Program-made: the position numbers and the translations under genes
The notes under the pieces: generated by a model
The model's input: only the letters and a program-made list of their open reading frames with translations
Told to the model about the DNA's origin: nothing
Databases searched by the model: none
Source of the DNA: Gammaproteobacteria bacterium
GTDB lineage: Bacteria > Pseudomonadota > Gammaproteobacteria > Ga0077536
Assembly (NCBI GenBank): GCA_019747795.1
Contig: JAIEQK010000035.1
Span: 3,665-67,664, forward strand
Direction: 5' to 3'
DNA length: 64,000 nt
Part shown: positions 26,269-36,276 of the stretch, one piece after another
Layout: each line of letters starts with the position of its first letter
Numbering within the stretch: position 1 is the first letter of the stretch

Positions 26269-26919
26269 TCACGCTTCGACGTTGTGCCGCCTGCCACCGC
26301 GAAAGAACATACGCCGCGCCGCCGCATTCCGGCCCGCGAGGCGGTGACGCAGGGTGTCGAGCACCAATGCCTGCACCTCCATCATCTCGATGCCGCCCAG
26401 GTCGTCGAGCCGCACCCAGCGCAGGTCCTCAAGTTCACCGTCGCCGCCGAGTTCGCCACTGAAGAGATCCGCGTGCGCGGCGAAGAAGCGCGCGTGGTAG
26501 CGGATGGGCTGGTGGCTCGGCGTGATCGCGCGTCCGAGAAAGTCGAGCGCGCCGAGGTCGGGCGCCAGCGCGGCATCGCGAAAGCGCGCCCAGGTGTCGT
26601 GACGGACGCGCCCCACGGTGCCCGGCACGCCGAGCATCAGGCCCGCTTCCTCCGACGCTTCGCGCACCGCCGCCATGGCGAGCGCGGTGGCCTTGCTGGT
26701 GGACGAGGCGACCCCGAGCTGCGGCACGATGTGCTCGGCCAGCGCGCGGGCCGGCCGCGCGTGATAGTCGCCGCGCTCGAGGCCGCCGCCGGGAAACACG
26801 TAGACGCCGGGCTTGAAGCGCGCCTTCTGGCCGCGCCGGCCCATCAGGACTTCGTGGTGGGTGGGGCGCTGGCGGTGGATCACCAGGCTGGCAGCGTCGC
26901 GCGGGCGGACCGGTGGCAT
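26269..26919 (-). CDS. NUDIX family hydrolase
   Basis: Internal ATG (cat 26917..26919). The Nudix-box core is AVREASEEAGL, preceded by FPGGGLE. Confidence 0.75.
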   Translation of the reverse strand: MPPVRPRDAASLVIHRQRPTHHEVLMGRRGQKARFKPGVYVFPGGGLERGDYHARPARALAEHIVPQLGVASSTSKATALAMAAVREASEEAGLMLGVPGTVGRVRHDTWARFRDAALAPDLGALDFLGRAITPSHQPIRYHARFFAAHADLFSGELGGDGELEDLRWVRLDDLGGIEMMEVQALVLDTLRHRLAGRNAAARRMFFRGGRRHNVEA

Positions 26920-27031
26920 GGGTAAGGACTCTCCTGGACTGCACCGGAATCTACCACGCCGACGCGCGCTGGGCAGGGCGGCGAGGGCACGCTTATACTG
27001 CAGGCCCGATGTCGCCCGCGCCCGCCTCGCC

Positions 27032-29212
27032 GTGAACCTCCGCCGCTCGCTTCGCCAACTGCTGCTGGGCGTGTGGGTGTGCCTGTGCGCCGCGTTGCCG
27101 GCCGCGGCCGCGCCCGATCTGAACCTGCTGGCCGGCGCCAGCGCGGCGGACACGACGGCCGCGGCGCCGGTCCTGCCCGATCCGCTCAAGCTCGAACCGG
27201 ACTGGTGGAATTACTTCGTGGTCGGCGACGACCCGGGCAACAAGCGCCTGGACGAACGCTACGCCGCCTTCATCAAGCAACTCGACAAGCTCATCGCGCC
27301 CCTCGCCGGCGAGACGCGCTCGGAGCTCGACCAGCTGCGCGCCAGCATCGAGCGGCACTTCGGGCGCTACAAGCGCACGCTCGCGACGCCGCCACCGCCG
27401 CCGCCACCGCCGCCCGCGGTGAAGGATGCCTACCCACTGGACGACGTGCTCGAGCTCGGCCGCGAAGCCGAGCAGCTGAAGCGTGCGGCAGATCTCGAAG
27501 CCCAGGAGATCACGCTGATCGAGCGCTCGCTCACGCTCGGCCGCGACGAGCAGGACGCCGCCAAGCTGCGCTACCGCGACCTCCCACCCGACACGCCGGA
27601 GCGCCTGGTGGAGGGTGTGCGCCTGGTGCGCGATCGCCTGCGCATCGAGACTCTGAACCAGGAGCTGCGCTGGCGTCGCGCGCACCAGACGGCGCTGGCA
27701 ACCGAGCTCGAAATGCAGCATCGCCAGCTGTCCACTGCCGCCGAGCGCATCGAATGCACCGCCAACGCGCTCGAGGAATGGCAGCGCATCGAACAGGATG
27801 CGACCCGCCAGGCGAAGTCGGCCGGCGCCGATCTCATGAAGCTGCAGCTGAGCGGCTCGATGGCGCTCGCGACCAGTCCGGACGAGCGCGCCCAGGCGCG
27901 CTACCACGACATCAAGACGCTGCGCCGTGGCGTGGAAATCAAGATTGCCGAGGTGCGTCGTGCGACCGCGGTCATGGCGCAGCGCCTGTTGCAGCGCGTA
28001 GCCGAGCGCAACACCGCCGAGCCCGCCGCCGATCGCGGGCTGCTGCGCAAGCAGCAGGCGCTGCTCGACAAGTACGCCGAGTCCACCACCGAGTTCGCGA
28101 ACCGCGCCGTGCAGCTGCGCGGCGCGGTCAACATCGAGCGCGAGGCGGCGGAGGACGCCAGCGTGGTGGCGGTCTACGAACGCGCGCGCAACGAACTCGT
28201 GGCGGTGGAGACCGCGCTCGAGGATCTGCGCGCCCAGGAGCGCAGCGGCCAGCAGCTGGCCAGCATGCTGGACGATCGGCTGCGCGAGCGCGAGGGCCGG
28301 GTGGGGCAGAGCGTCCGCCTGGTGAAGGACGCCATTCGCACGACGCTCGCCGAGGCCACCGGCTGGCTGTCCGCGCCGCTGTTCGGGATCAATGAAACCC
28401 CGGTCACCACTCTCGGCCTGCTGCGCGTGGTGTTGATCCTGACCGCCGCCTGGTGGGTGTCGAAGCTCGGCCGGCGCGCGCTCACGCGTTTCGGTCCGGG
28501 CAACAGCGCGTTCAGTCCGGCCTCGCTCTACGCCGTCGGCCGGGTGGTGCACTACCTGCTGCTGACGCTCGGCCTGGTGGTCGGTCTGTCGTCCATCGGC
28601 GTCGATCTCACCAAGTTCGCGCTGCTTGCGAGCGCGCTCGGCATCGGCGTCGGTTTCGGCCTGCAGACGCTCATCAGCAATTTCGTCGCCGGCCTCATCA
28701 TCCTGTTCGAGAAGAGCATGAACGTCGGCGACTTCATCGAGCTGTCGTCAGGCGCGACCGGCGTGGTGAAGGAAATCAACATGCGCGCGACGCGCATCAC
28801 CAGCGGTGACAACGTCGACATCCTGGTGCCGAACTCCGAGTTCATGACCAGCAAGGTGTTGAACTGGACGCTGGAGGACGCCTTTCGCCGCATCCACGTG
28901 CCGTTCTCGGCGGTGTACGACAGCGACAAGGACGCGGTGAAGGCCGCCGCGCTGGCCGCCGCGGACCTGGTCGAACACACGGTGAAAGACCCGCCCATCC
29001 GCGCGCCGCAGCTGTGGCTGACCAAGCTCACCGACGTCGGCATGGATTTCGAACTGGTCGTGTGGGTGAACCTGCGCGCCATCAGGAAACCCGGCTCGCT
29101 GGTCTCCGACTACCTGTGGGCGCTGGACGACGCCCTGCATCGCCACGGCGTGGAGCGTCCGCATCCCGCCGCGCCGCCGCGTCCGCCCACGCCGCCGACG
29201 CACATCGACTGA
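27032..29212 (+). CDS. mechanosensitive channel, MscS family with long periplasmic coiled-coil N-terminus (MscK/KefA-like)
   Basis: An in-frame GTG at 27032 gives the signal peptide LLLGVWVCLCAALPAAAA. The C-terminal MscS core is GIGVGFGLQTLISNFVAGLIILFEKSMNVGDFIE. Confidence 0.8.
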   Translation: MNLRRSLRQLLLGVWVCLCAALPAAAAPDLNLLAGASAADTTAAAPVLPDPLKLEPDWWNYFVVGDDPGNKRLDERYAAFIKQLDKLIAPLAGETRSELDQLRASIERHFGRYKRTLATPPPPPPPPPAVKDAYPLDDVLELGREAEQLKRAADLEAQEITLIERSLTLGRDEQDAAKLRYRDLPPDTPERLVEGVRLVRDRLRIETLNQELRWRRAHQTALATELEMQHRQLSTAAERIECTANALEEWQRIEQDATRQAKSAGADLMKLQLSGSMALATSPDERAQARYHDIKTLRRGVEIKIAEVRRATAVMAQRLLQRVAERNTAEPAADRGLLRKQQALLDKYAESTTEFANRAVQLRGAVNIEREAAEDASVVAVYERARNELVAVETALEDLRAQERSGQQLASMLDDRLREREGRVGQSVRLVKDAIRTTLAEATGWLSAPLFGINETPVTTLGLLRVVLILTAAWWVSKLGRRALTRFGPGNSAFSPASLYAVGRVVHYLLLTLGLVVGLSSIGVDLTKFALLASALGIGVGFGLQTLISNFVAGLIILFEKSMNVGDFIELSSGATGVVKEINMRATRITSGDNVDILVPNSEFMTSKVLNWTLEDAFRRIHVPFSAVYDSDKDAVKAAALAAADLVEHTVKDPPIRAPQLWLTKLTDVGMDFELVVWVNLRAIRKPGSLVSDYLWALDDALHRHGVERPHPAAPPRPPTPPTHID

Positions 29213-29219
29213 AGCGCCC

Positions 29220-30167
29220 TCAGGGCGGCGTCGCCAGGCGACACGCGTGGCCGCGCTGGCCGGTCTCCACCTGCAAGGTTGCGTGCTGGATGCCGTGCTC
29301 GTGGGCGAGTGCCAGCGCCAGCGCATCCAGCCAGTCGTCGCCCGGATGACCGTCAGGCATCACCAGGTGCGCGGTGAGCGCGACCTCGGTGGTGCTGAGC
29401 GCCCACACGTGCAGGTCGTGCACGCCCGCGACTCCGGGCTGGGCGGCGAGGAAGGCCTCGATGGACGCGCTCGCGAGGTGCGCCGGCACCGCGTGCAGGG
29501 ACAGGAGCGCGCTGTCGCGCAGCAGTCGCCAGGTCGCGCCCAGCACCACCGCCACCACCAGCAGCGACACGGCCGGATCGAGCCAGGTCCAGCCGGTGCG
29601 CAGCATGGCGAAGCCGGCGAGCGCGACGCCGAGCGACACGAGCGCGTCGGTCAGCATGTGCAGGAAGGCGCCGCGCTGATTGAGGTCGTGCTGGTGCCCG
29701 TGGTGAAACAGCAGGGCCGTGCCGCCGTTCACCACCACGCCGGCCAGCGCGACAGCGATGACCACGCCGCCCGCCACCGGCGCGGGCGCCAGCAGGCGCT
29801 GCACCGCCTCCAGTACCAGGCCGCCGCACGCGAGCAGCAGGAGCACCGCGTTGGCCAGCGCCGCGAGGATGGTGGAGCTGCGCAGACCATAGGTGAAGCG
29901 CGGATTGGCCGCGCGCCGCGCGAGCCAGGCGGCGAACCAGGCGAGCGCCAGCGCCGCTACGTCGCTCAGGTTGTGTACCGCGTCCGCCACCAGCGCGGTC
30001 GACTGCGCGGCGAAGCCGAAAGCCAGTTCCAGCGCGACGAAGCTGCCGTTCAGCACGATGCCCCAGGCAAAGGCGCGCTGCCGATCCGGCACGGCCCCCG
30101 GGCCATGCGCGTGGGCATGAGCGTGGTGGTGATCGTGGCCGTGGCCGTGATCGTGGGGCGGCGTCAT
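29220..30167 (-). CDS. cation diffusion facilitator (CzcD/ZitB-like) metal exporter with His-rich N-terminus
   Basis: The ATG (cat 30165..30167) overlaps the upstream stop (ATGA). N-terminus is MTPPHDHGHGHDHHHAHAHAHG. CDF motifs are ADAVHNLSD and HMLTDAL. Confidence 0.85.
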   Translation of the reverse strand: MTPPHDHGHGHDHHHAHAHAHGPGAVPDRQRAFAWGIVLNGSFVALELAFGFAAQSTALVADAVHNLSDVAALALAWFAAWLARRAANPRFTYGLRSSTILAALANAVLLLLACGGLVLEAVQRLLAPAPVAGGVVIAVALAGVVVNGGTALLFHHGHQHDLNQRGAFLHMLTDALVSLGVALAGFAMLRTGWTWLDPAVSLLVVAVVLGATWRLLRDSALLSLHAVPAHLASASIEAFLAAQPGVAGVHDLHVWALSTTEVALTAHLVMPDGHPGDDWLDALALALAHEHGIQHATLQVETGQRGHACRLATPP

Positions 30168-30924
30168 GTCTTGCCCGTCTCGGCGCGCGGCGTCGCGCCG
30201 CACAGGAAATTCACCAGCCAGCGTGCGAGCAGCGCGCCGTCGGTGGGCGCGTCCATGCCGCCGAGCGCGGCGTCGATTAGTGCGTCCGGCGCCAGCCCGC
30301 GCTTGTTGGTGGTGATCGCCTCGGCGTAGGCGCGCTCGAACTCCGGGTGACCCTGCACGCCGAGCATCACCTCGTCCAACACGAACATGGCGTTCTCGCA
30401 GTGCGCATTGGTGGCGAGCCGCGTGGCGCCCGGCGGCAGCGTCAGCACCTGGTCCTGGTGCACGGCGTAGAGCGTGAAGTCGCGCGCGGCGGGCAGCATC
30501 CAGGGACGCGTCTCCAGCACCGCGCTGCGCTGCGTGCCGAGGCCCCAGCCCTGCGGCGCGCGGGCGGCGTGGCCGCCGAGCGCGTGGCCGATCAGCTGAT
30601 GACCGAAGCAGATGCCGACGGTGCGGCGCCGCGCCGTGTGCAGCGCGCGCAGGAACGCGGCGAGCCGCGCGATCCACGGCAGGTCCTCGTACACCGAGCG
30701 GCGCGAACCCGAGATAAGCCAGGCATCGCATTCGTCGACGCTCGCGGGAAACTCGTCGGCGTGCACGCGGTACACGCGCAATTCAACCCGCGGCGCGGAC
30801 GACGTCAGCAGGCGCGCGAACATGTCGGCGTACTGCCCGTGGGCCTCGCCGAGCGGCGCGTCAACCGTGTCGCAGGCCAGGAGGCCGACGCGTAGCGACT
30901 CACAGGGTGTGGAGGTACCAGTCA
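30164..30924 (-). CDS. class I glutamine amidotransferase-like protein
   Basis: The nucleophile elbow is GICFGHQ, and the C-terminal half contains HPEF. The start at 30924 would overlap the upstream gene by 25 nt, so it is uncertain. Confidence 0.7.
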
Positions 30925-32258
30925 TAGTCCTGCTGTGGCACCTGCGCGAACCAGCGTTCGCTCTCGGTGCGCTTGACGGCGATGAACACGTCGATGAAAC
31001 GCTCGCCCAAGGCTTCGCGCGCGAAGCGCGACGCGGCGAGCGCCTCGATGGCCTGCGGCCAGTGGCGCGGCAGCGGCACGCCGCCCGTCTGGGCATAGCC
31101 GTCGCCCTCGACCGGCGGCCCGGGATCGAGCGCGTGCACGAGGCCGTGGCGCGCACCGGCCAGCACGGCCGCGGCCGCGACATAGGGATTGGCGTCGGCG
31201 CCGCAGACTCGGTGCTCGATGTGTCGCGAGGCGGCCGCGCCACTTGGAATGCGCAGCGCCACGGTGCGGTTGTTGACGCCCCAGCTCGGCGTCAGCGGCA
31301 CGCAGTTGTAGGGCGCGAAGCGGCGGTAGGAATTGGCGAAGGGCGCGAACAGTGCCATCAGTTCCGGCGCGGTCGCCGCCATGCCGGCGAGCGCGTGGCG
31401 CAGCAGCGCGTTGCCGCCTGGATCCTCGCTCGCGAACACATTGCGTCCGTCAGCGTCGTTCAGGCTGAGATGCAGGTGCATGCCGGAGCCGGGTTTCGCC
31501 GCGAGCGGCTTGGCCATGAAGGACGCGAGCAGGCCATGGCGCCGTGCGACGCCACGCACCGCGCGCTTGAACAGCACGGCCTGGTCGAGCGCGCGCAGCG
31601 CGTCGTCCTGGTGGGCGAGCGTGACTTCGAACTGCCCCGGCCCGAACTCCGACAGGCTGTTGACGAGCGGCAGACCCTGCAGTGCGCAGCAGCGGTGCAG
31701 GTCATCGAGGAAGGCCTGCTGCGCTTCGATCTCCTCGACGCCGTAGACGTGCGGATGGGCACCGCGCGGCGTCGCGGTGCGCGGCGCGCCGCCGCGGTAG
31801 TCGGCCTCGAACAGGTAGAACTCCCACTCCACGGCGAGCACCGGCGTGTAGCCGAGCTCGGCGAGTCCGGCGATGGCGCGCGCGGCGAGATGGCGCGGAT
31901 CGGCGAGCGTCGCCGGGCCGCCGTGCGCCGGGTCGAAGCTCAGCAGCGCCTGCGCGCTCGGCGTCGCGAGCCACGGACAGGGCAGCAGGGTGCCGGGCAC
32001 CAGGCGCGCGAGCCCGTCCATGTCACCGACCTCCCACACCAGCCCCGAGCCCTCGGAGTCGTCACCGTCGACGGTCAGCGCGGCGATGGAGCTCGGCAGC
32101 GGCAGGCCGTCGTGGAAGACGTGATCGAAGGCCTCGATGCGCACCGACTTGCCGCGCGCGATGCCGTTCAGATCGGTGAACAGGAGCTGCACCTGGCGCA
32201 CCTCCGGATGGCGCGCGCGCCACGCGGCGAGCTGGGCCGCGGCGTCTTCAGTGCTCAT
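30900..32258 (-). CDS. glutamine synthetase family protein (gamma-glutamyl-polyamine synthetase, PuuA/SpuB-like)
   Basis: The ATG (cat 32256..32258) overlaps the permease stop (ATGA). Contains EWEFYLF, GSGMHLHLSL and NRTVALRIP. Confidence 0.85.
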   Translation of the reverse strand: MSTEDAAAQLAAWRARHPEVRQVQLLFTDLNGIARGKSVRIEAFDHVFHDGLPLPSSIAALTVDGDDSEGSGLVWEVGDMDGLARLVPGTLLPCPWLATPSAQALLSFDPAHGGPATLADPRHLAARAIAGLAELGYTPVLAVEWEFYLFEADYRGGAPRTATPRGAHPHVYGVEEIEAQQAFLDDLHRCCALQGLPLVNSLSEFGPGQFEVTLAHQDDALRALDQAVLFKRAVRGVARRHGLLASFMAKPLAAKPGSGMHLHLSLNDADGRNVFASEDPGGNALLRHALAGMAATAPELMALFAPFANSYRRFAPYNCVPLTPSWGVNNRTVALRIPSGAAASRHIEHRVCGADANPYVAAAAVLAGARHGLVHALDPGPPVEGDGYAQTGGVPLPRHWPQAIEALAASRFAREALGERFIDVFIAVKRTESERWFAQVPQQDYDWYLHTL

Positions 32259-33064
32259 CGGGGGCTCGCCTCGTCGGCGCGGAGGTTGAGCAGGGTGGCG
32301 ACGACCACGCTCGCGCCGACCACCAGGAGCAAGATCGTGGCCAGCGCATTGATCTCCGGCGACAGGCCGAGCCGCACCTTGGAGTAGATGACCATCGGTA
32401 GCGTCGTCGCGCCGGGCCCGGACACGAAGCTCGACGTGACGAGATCGTCCAGCGACAACGTGAAGGCCAAGAGCCAGCCCGCCAGCAGCGCGGGCGCGAT
32501 CAGCGGCAGGGTGACATGCTGGAACACGCGCCACGGCGGCGCGCCGAGGTCCTGCGCCGCTTCTTCGACCGCCGGGTCCATGCCCACCAGCCGTGCCTGC
32601 ACGACCACTGTCACGTAGGCGGTGGCGAAGGTCGAGTGCGCGAGCACGATGGTCAGCATGCCGCGCCGCGCGGGCCAGCCCAAGGTCTGTTCGAGCGCGA
32701 CGAACAAGAGCAGCAGGGACAGACCGATGATCACCTCCGGCATCACCAGCGGCGCGGTGACGAGGCCGGAGAAGAGCGCGCGGCCGCGAAACGGCCCGAA
32801 ACGCGCCAGCGCGAGCGCGGCCAGCGTGCCGAGCACCACGGCCAGGGTGGCGGTCACGGCCGCGATGCGCAGCGACAGCCATGCGGCGTCCAGCACCTGC
32901 GTGTCGTGCAGGAGCGCGCCGTACCACTTGGTCGAGAAGCCCGACCACAGCGTGACCAGGCGTGATTCGTTGAACGAGTAGATGACCAGCGAGGCCATCG
33001 GCAGGTAGAGAAAGGCGAGCCCGGCGATGAGCCAGGCGCGCAGCCAGATGCCGCCGCGCTTCAT
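32255..33064 (-). CDS. potI: polyamine ABC transporter permease (PotC/PotI-like)
   Basis: The ATG at 33064 overlaps the upstream stop (ATGA). The EAA-type loop is EEAAQDLGAPPWRVF. Confidence 0.85.
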   Translation of the reverse strand: MKRGGIWLRAWLIAGLAFLYLPMASLVIYSFNESRLVTLWSGFSTKWYGALLHDTQVLDAAWLSLRIAAVTATLAVVLGTLAALALARFGPFRGRALFSGLVTAPLVMPEVIIGLSLLLLFVALEQTLGWPARRGMLTIVLAHSTFATAYVTVVVQARLVGMDPAVEEAAQDLGAPPWRVFQHVTLPLIAPALLAGWLLAFTLSLDDLVTSSFVSGPGATTLPMVIYSKVRLGLSPEINALATILLLVVGASVVVATLLNLRADEASPR

Positions 33065-33957
33065 GGCGCGGTACGCGCGGCGCGGCGCGCGAGCCCGTGC
33101 TGCAAGGCCATCAGCACCACCACCAGCGCGAGCATTGCGATGGCGACCGCAGAGGCCACAGGCCAGGCGCGGTTGGCGAAGAACTCGTCCCACAGCACCT
33201 TGCCGATCATGAGCGTGTTCGAACCACCCAGCAGGTCGGGAATCACGAACTCGCCGAGGGCCGGAATGAACACCAGCGCGCTGCCCGCCAGTACCCCTGG
33301 CAGGGACAGCGGCAAGGTCACGCTGAGGAAGGCCCGCCAAGGCGGACAGCCGAGATCGGCGGCGGCTTCCAGGAGCGCGTGGTCGTGCTTCTCCAGATTG
33401 GCGTAGAGCGGCAGCACCATGAACGGCAGGTAGGAGTAGACGATGCCGAGATACACCGCGAAGTTGGTGCGCAACAGCGTGAGCGGCTGGTCGACGAGCC
33501 CGAGCGCGAGCAGGAGCTGATTGATCGTGCCCTGACTGTTCAGAAGGCCCATCCAGGCGTACACGCGCAGCAGGAAGGAGGTCCAGAACGGCAGCACCAC
33601 CAGCATCAGCAGCAGGTTGCGCCGCGCGGGCCGCGCGCGGGCGATGGCATAGGCCATGGGATAGCCGATCAGGAGACACAGGAGCGCGGAGACGAAGGCC
33701 ACCTGCACGGAGTTCAGGTAGGCGCGCCAGTAGAGCGCGTCCTCGACCAGGTAGCGATAGTTCGCGAGATGCAGCGCGAGGTGCAGGCCGCCGTCGGCGT
33801 CGCGCGAGAAGAGCGGGCTGTAGGGCGGCTGCGCGATCAGCTGCTCGGCGAAGGAGATCTTGAGCACGATGAGACAGGGCAGGGCGAAGAACAGGCCGAG
33901 CCACGCGTAGGGCACGAGGATCACGCCACGATGGCCGGCGTGTTCGCGGGCGTTCAT
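33061..33957 (-). CDS. potH: polyamine ABC transporter permease (PotB/PotH-like)
   Basis: The ATG at 33957 overlaps the ATPase stop (ATGA). The loop is LEAAADLGCPPWRAF. Confidence 0.85.
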   Translation of the reverse strand: MNAREHAGHRGVILVPYAWLGLFFALPCLIVLKISFAEQLIAQPPYSPLFSRDADGGLHLALHLANYRYLVEDALYWRAYLNSVQVAFVSALLCLLIGYPMAYAIARARPARRNLLLMLVVLPFWTSFLLRVYAWMGLLNSQGTINQLLLALGLVDQPLTLLRTNFAVYLGIVYSYLPFMVLPLYANLEKHDHALLEAAADLGCPPWRAFLSVTLPLSLPGVLAGSALVFIPALGEFVIPDLLGGSNTLMIGKVLWDEFFANRAWPVASAVAIAMLALVVVLMALQHGLARRAARTAP

Positions 33958-35093
33958 TGCGCGAGCAGCACGCCGCTGGTGGCGGACCAGCGCAGCCACA
34001 CGCGGTCGCCGCGCTCGAGGCTCGCCGCACCGTCGTCCGCGACGTTGGCGCGCGACACCTTCACGCCGCGGCCGGACGGCAGCACCACCTGGTAGAACGA
34101 TGCGCCGCCCTGGTAGGCCACTTCACGGATCACGCCCGCCACGCAGTTGGGGCCGCGCTCGACGGGTGACTCGCGCGCCATGACGAATTGCTCCGGGCGC
34201 AGGGCGAGCCACAGCGGACCACCCGGCGAGGGCGGCGTCGCGTTGCTGAGCAGGAGCGTGCAGTCGAGCTCCGTCGCGCGCAGGTGCAGGCCGTGCGCGT
34301 CGCGCTTCTCGAGCTCGACCTCGAACAGGTTGGTCGAGCCGACGAAGTCGGCCACGTGGCGGCTCCCCGGACGTTCGTAGATCTCGCGCGGCGTGCCGAC
34401 CTGCACGAGGCGTCCCTGGTCCATCACGCCGATGCGGGTCGCGAGTGTCATCGCCTCGGCCTGGTCATGGGTCACGACCACGAAGGTGATGCCGAGCGCC
34501 TGCTGGAGTTGCTTGAGTTCGAACTGGGTCGCTTCGCGCAGCTTGCGATCGAGCGCGCCGAGCGGTTCGTCGAGCAGCAGCAGGCGTGGTTGCTTGACGA
34601 GCGCGCGCGCCAGCGCCACGCGCTGGCGCTGGCCGCCGGACAGCTGGTGCGGACGCCGCCGCTCGAGTCCTTCGAGCTGCAGCAGTTCGAGCATCGCACC
34701 CACGCGCGCCTCGCGTTCGGCGCGCGGGCAGCGCTCCTGCTCGAGGCCGAAGGCGATGTTGTCGCGCACGTTCTTGTGCGGGAACAGCGCGTAGGACTGG
34801 AACATCATGTTGACCGGCCGGCGATGGGGCGGCAGCGCCGTGACGTCCACGCCGTCCAGCAGCACGCGCCCGGCGCTCGGCGCCTCGAAGCCGGCCAGCA
34901 TGCGCAGGAGCGTGGTCTTGCCGCAGCCCGAGCCACCCAGCAGGCAGAACAGCTCGCCGCGCGCGACGTCGAGCGAGACGTCGTCCACCGCGAGCTGCGC
35001 GCCGAAGCGCTTGCTCAAGCCCGCGATGCGCAGATGGGGCGCGCCGGTCTCGGCGAGCGTGGACGAATGCGACGCGCGCGCGGCCTGGTCCAT
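33954..35093 (-). CDS. potG: polyamine ABC transporter ATP-binding protein (PotA/PotG-like)
   Basis: Walker A is GGSGCGKTT, the signature is LSGGQRQR and Walker B is LLLDEP. A C-terminal TOBE-like region is present. Confidence 0.9.
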   Translation of the reverse strand: MDQAARASHSSTLAETGAPHLRIAGLSKRFGAQLAVDDVSLDVARGELFCLLGGSGCGKTTLLRMLAGFEAPSAGRVLLDGVDVTALPPHRRPVNMMFQSYALFPHKNVRDNIAFGLEQERCPRAEREARVGAMLELLQLEGLERRRPHQLSGGQRQRVALARALVKQPRLLLLDEPLGALDRKLREATQFELKQLQQALGITFVVVTHDQAEAMTLATRIGVMDQGRLVQVGTPREIYERPGSRHVADFVGSTNLFEVELEKRDAHGLHLRATELDCTLLLSNATPPSPGGPLWLALRPEQFVMARESPVERGPNCVAGVIREVAYQGGASFYQVVLPSGRGVKVSRANVADDGAASLERGDRVWLRWSATSGVLLAQ

Positions 35094-35096
35094 CGG

Positions 35097-36257
35097 CTAC
35101 TGGTGGGTCTTCACGCGCGTCCAGGCGCGGGTCAGCAGGCGGTCGAAGGCCGGCGTGTTGACCACGCTCGGGAACAGCGTCGCGCGCACCGCCTCGTCCG
35201 GGTACACCGACTTGTCGGCGGCGAGGGTCGGCTCCAGCAGTGGCGTGGAAGCGAGATTGGCGTTGGCGTAGCCGATGGTGTTGCTGATCGCCGCCGCGAC
35301 CTCGGCGCGCAGGATGTAGTCGATGAAGCGGTGCGCGTTCAGCGGATGGGGCGCGTCCTTGGGGATGGCCATGGTGTCGGCCGCGATCATCGCGCCTTCC
35401 CTGGGGATCACGTAGACAATCTCGGTGCCCTGGCCGGCTTCGCGCGCGCGGCTGCGCGCCTGGAACACGTCGCCCCCCCAGCCCATGGCCACGCACACTT
35501 CGCCGGCCGCGAGGTCGTTCAGGTACTGCGAGGAATGGAAGTAGCGCACCTGCGCGCGCATGGCGGCCAGCGCCTGTTCGACCTTGGCGAGATCCGCCTC
35601 GCTCTGGCTCCCGGTCGGCAGGCCGAGGTAGCGCAGCATCGCCGGCACCACTTCGCTCGGCGCGTCGAGCAGGCTGACGCCGCAGTCCTTGAAGTGCGCC
35701 ACCACCGCCGGGTCGAACAGCAGGCGCCAGCTGTCCACCGGCGCGTCCGGCATACGCTCGCGCACCTTGGCGACGTTGTAGCCGAAGCCGGTGGTGCTCC
35801 ACAGGTAGGGCACGGCGTAGCGGTTGTCCGGGTCGTAGGCCGCGAGGGTCTTCAGCATCGTCGGGTCGAGGTTGGCGTAATTCTTGAGCAGGCTGCGATC
35901 GAGCGGCTGGAACACGCCCGCCTGGATCTGGCGCGCGACGAAGTTGGCGGTCGGCACGACGATGTCGTAGCCGGTGTTGCCGGCCAGGAGCTTCGCCTCC
36001 AGCACCTCGTTGCTGTCGAACACGTCGTAGCGCACCTTGATGCCGGTCTCGCGCTCGAAGTTGGCGATGGTGTCCGGGGCGATGTAGTCGGACCAGTTGT
36101 AGACGTTGAGCACCGGCTCTTCGGCGCTCGGGGCAACGGCCGGCGCGGCGCTGTCCGCGCTCTTGGCCGGCTCGGCGTCGCCGCCGCCGCAGGCGGCGAG
36201 CAGCAGCAGGCAGGCGGCCGCGATGAAGTGGCGCAGGGCGAAGGGCAGGGCGGGCAT
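35097..36257 (-). CDS. potF: periplasmic polyamine (putrescine/spermidine)-binding lipoprotein (PotF/PotD/SpuD-like)
   Basis: Lipobox is LLLAAC. Contains LNVYNWSDYIAPDTIANFE. Confidence 0.85.
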   Translation of the reverse strand: MPALPFALRHFIAAACLLLLAACGGGDAEPAKSADSAAPAVAPSAEEPVLNVYNWSDYIAPDTIANFERETGIKVRYDVFDSNEVLEAKLLAGNTGYDIVVPTANFVARQIQAGVFQPLDRSLLKNYANLDPTMLKTLAAYDPDNRYAVPYLWSTTGFGYNVAKVRERMPDAPVDSWRLLFDPAVVAHFKDCGVSLLDAPSEVVPAMLRYLGLPTGSQSEADLAKVEQALAAMRAQVRYFHSSQYLNDLAAGEVCVAMGWGGDVFQARSRAREAGQGTEIVYVIPREGAMIAADTMAIPKDAPHPLNAHRFIDYILRAEVAAAISNTIGYANANLASTPLLEPTLAADKSVYPDEAVRATLFPSVVNTPAFDRLLTRAWTRVKTHQ

Positions 36258-36276
36258 CGAGGGCTTTCCAGGCGGT

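Noticed and set aside
32255-34030. Single 591-aa ORF covering both ABC permeases, 503-aa ORF 29220..30731, and 692-aa ORF 24059..26137.
   Set aside because: The N-terminal portions are out-of-frame read-through across upstream genes. Internal ATG/GTG codons that overlap the upstream stop codons (ATGA/GTGA) give proteins of the expected family length.
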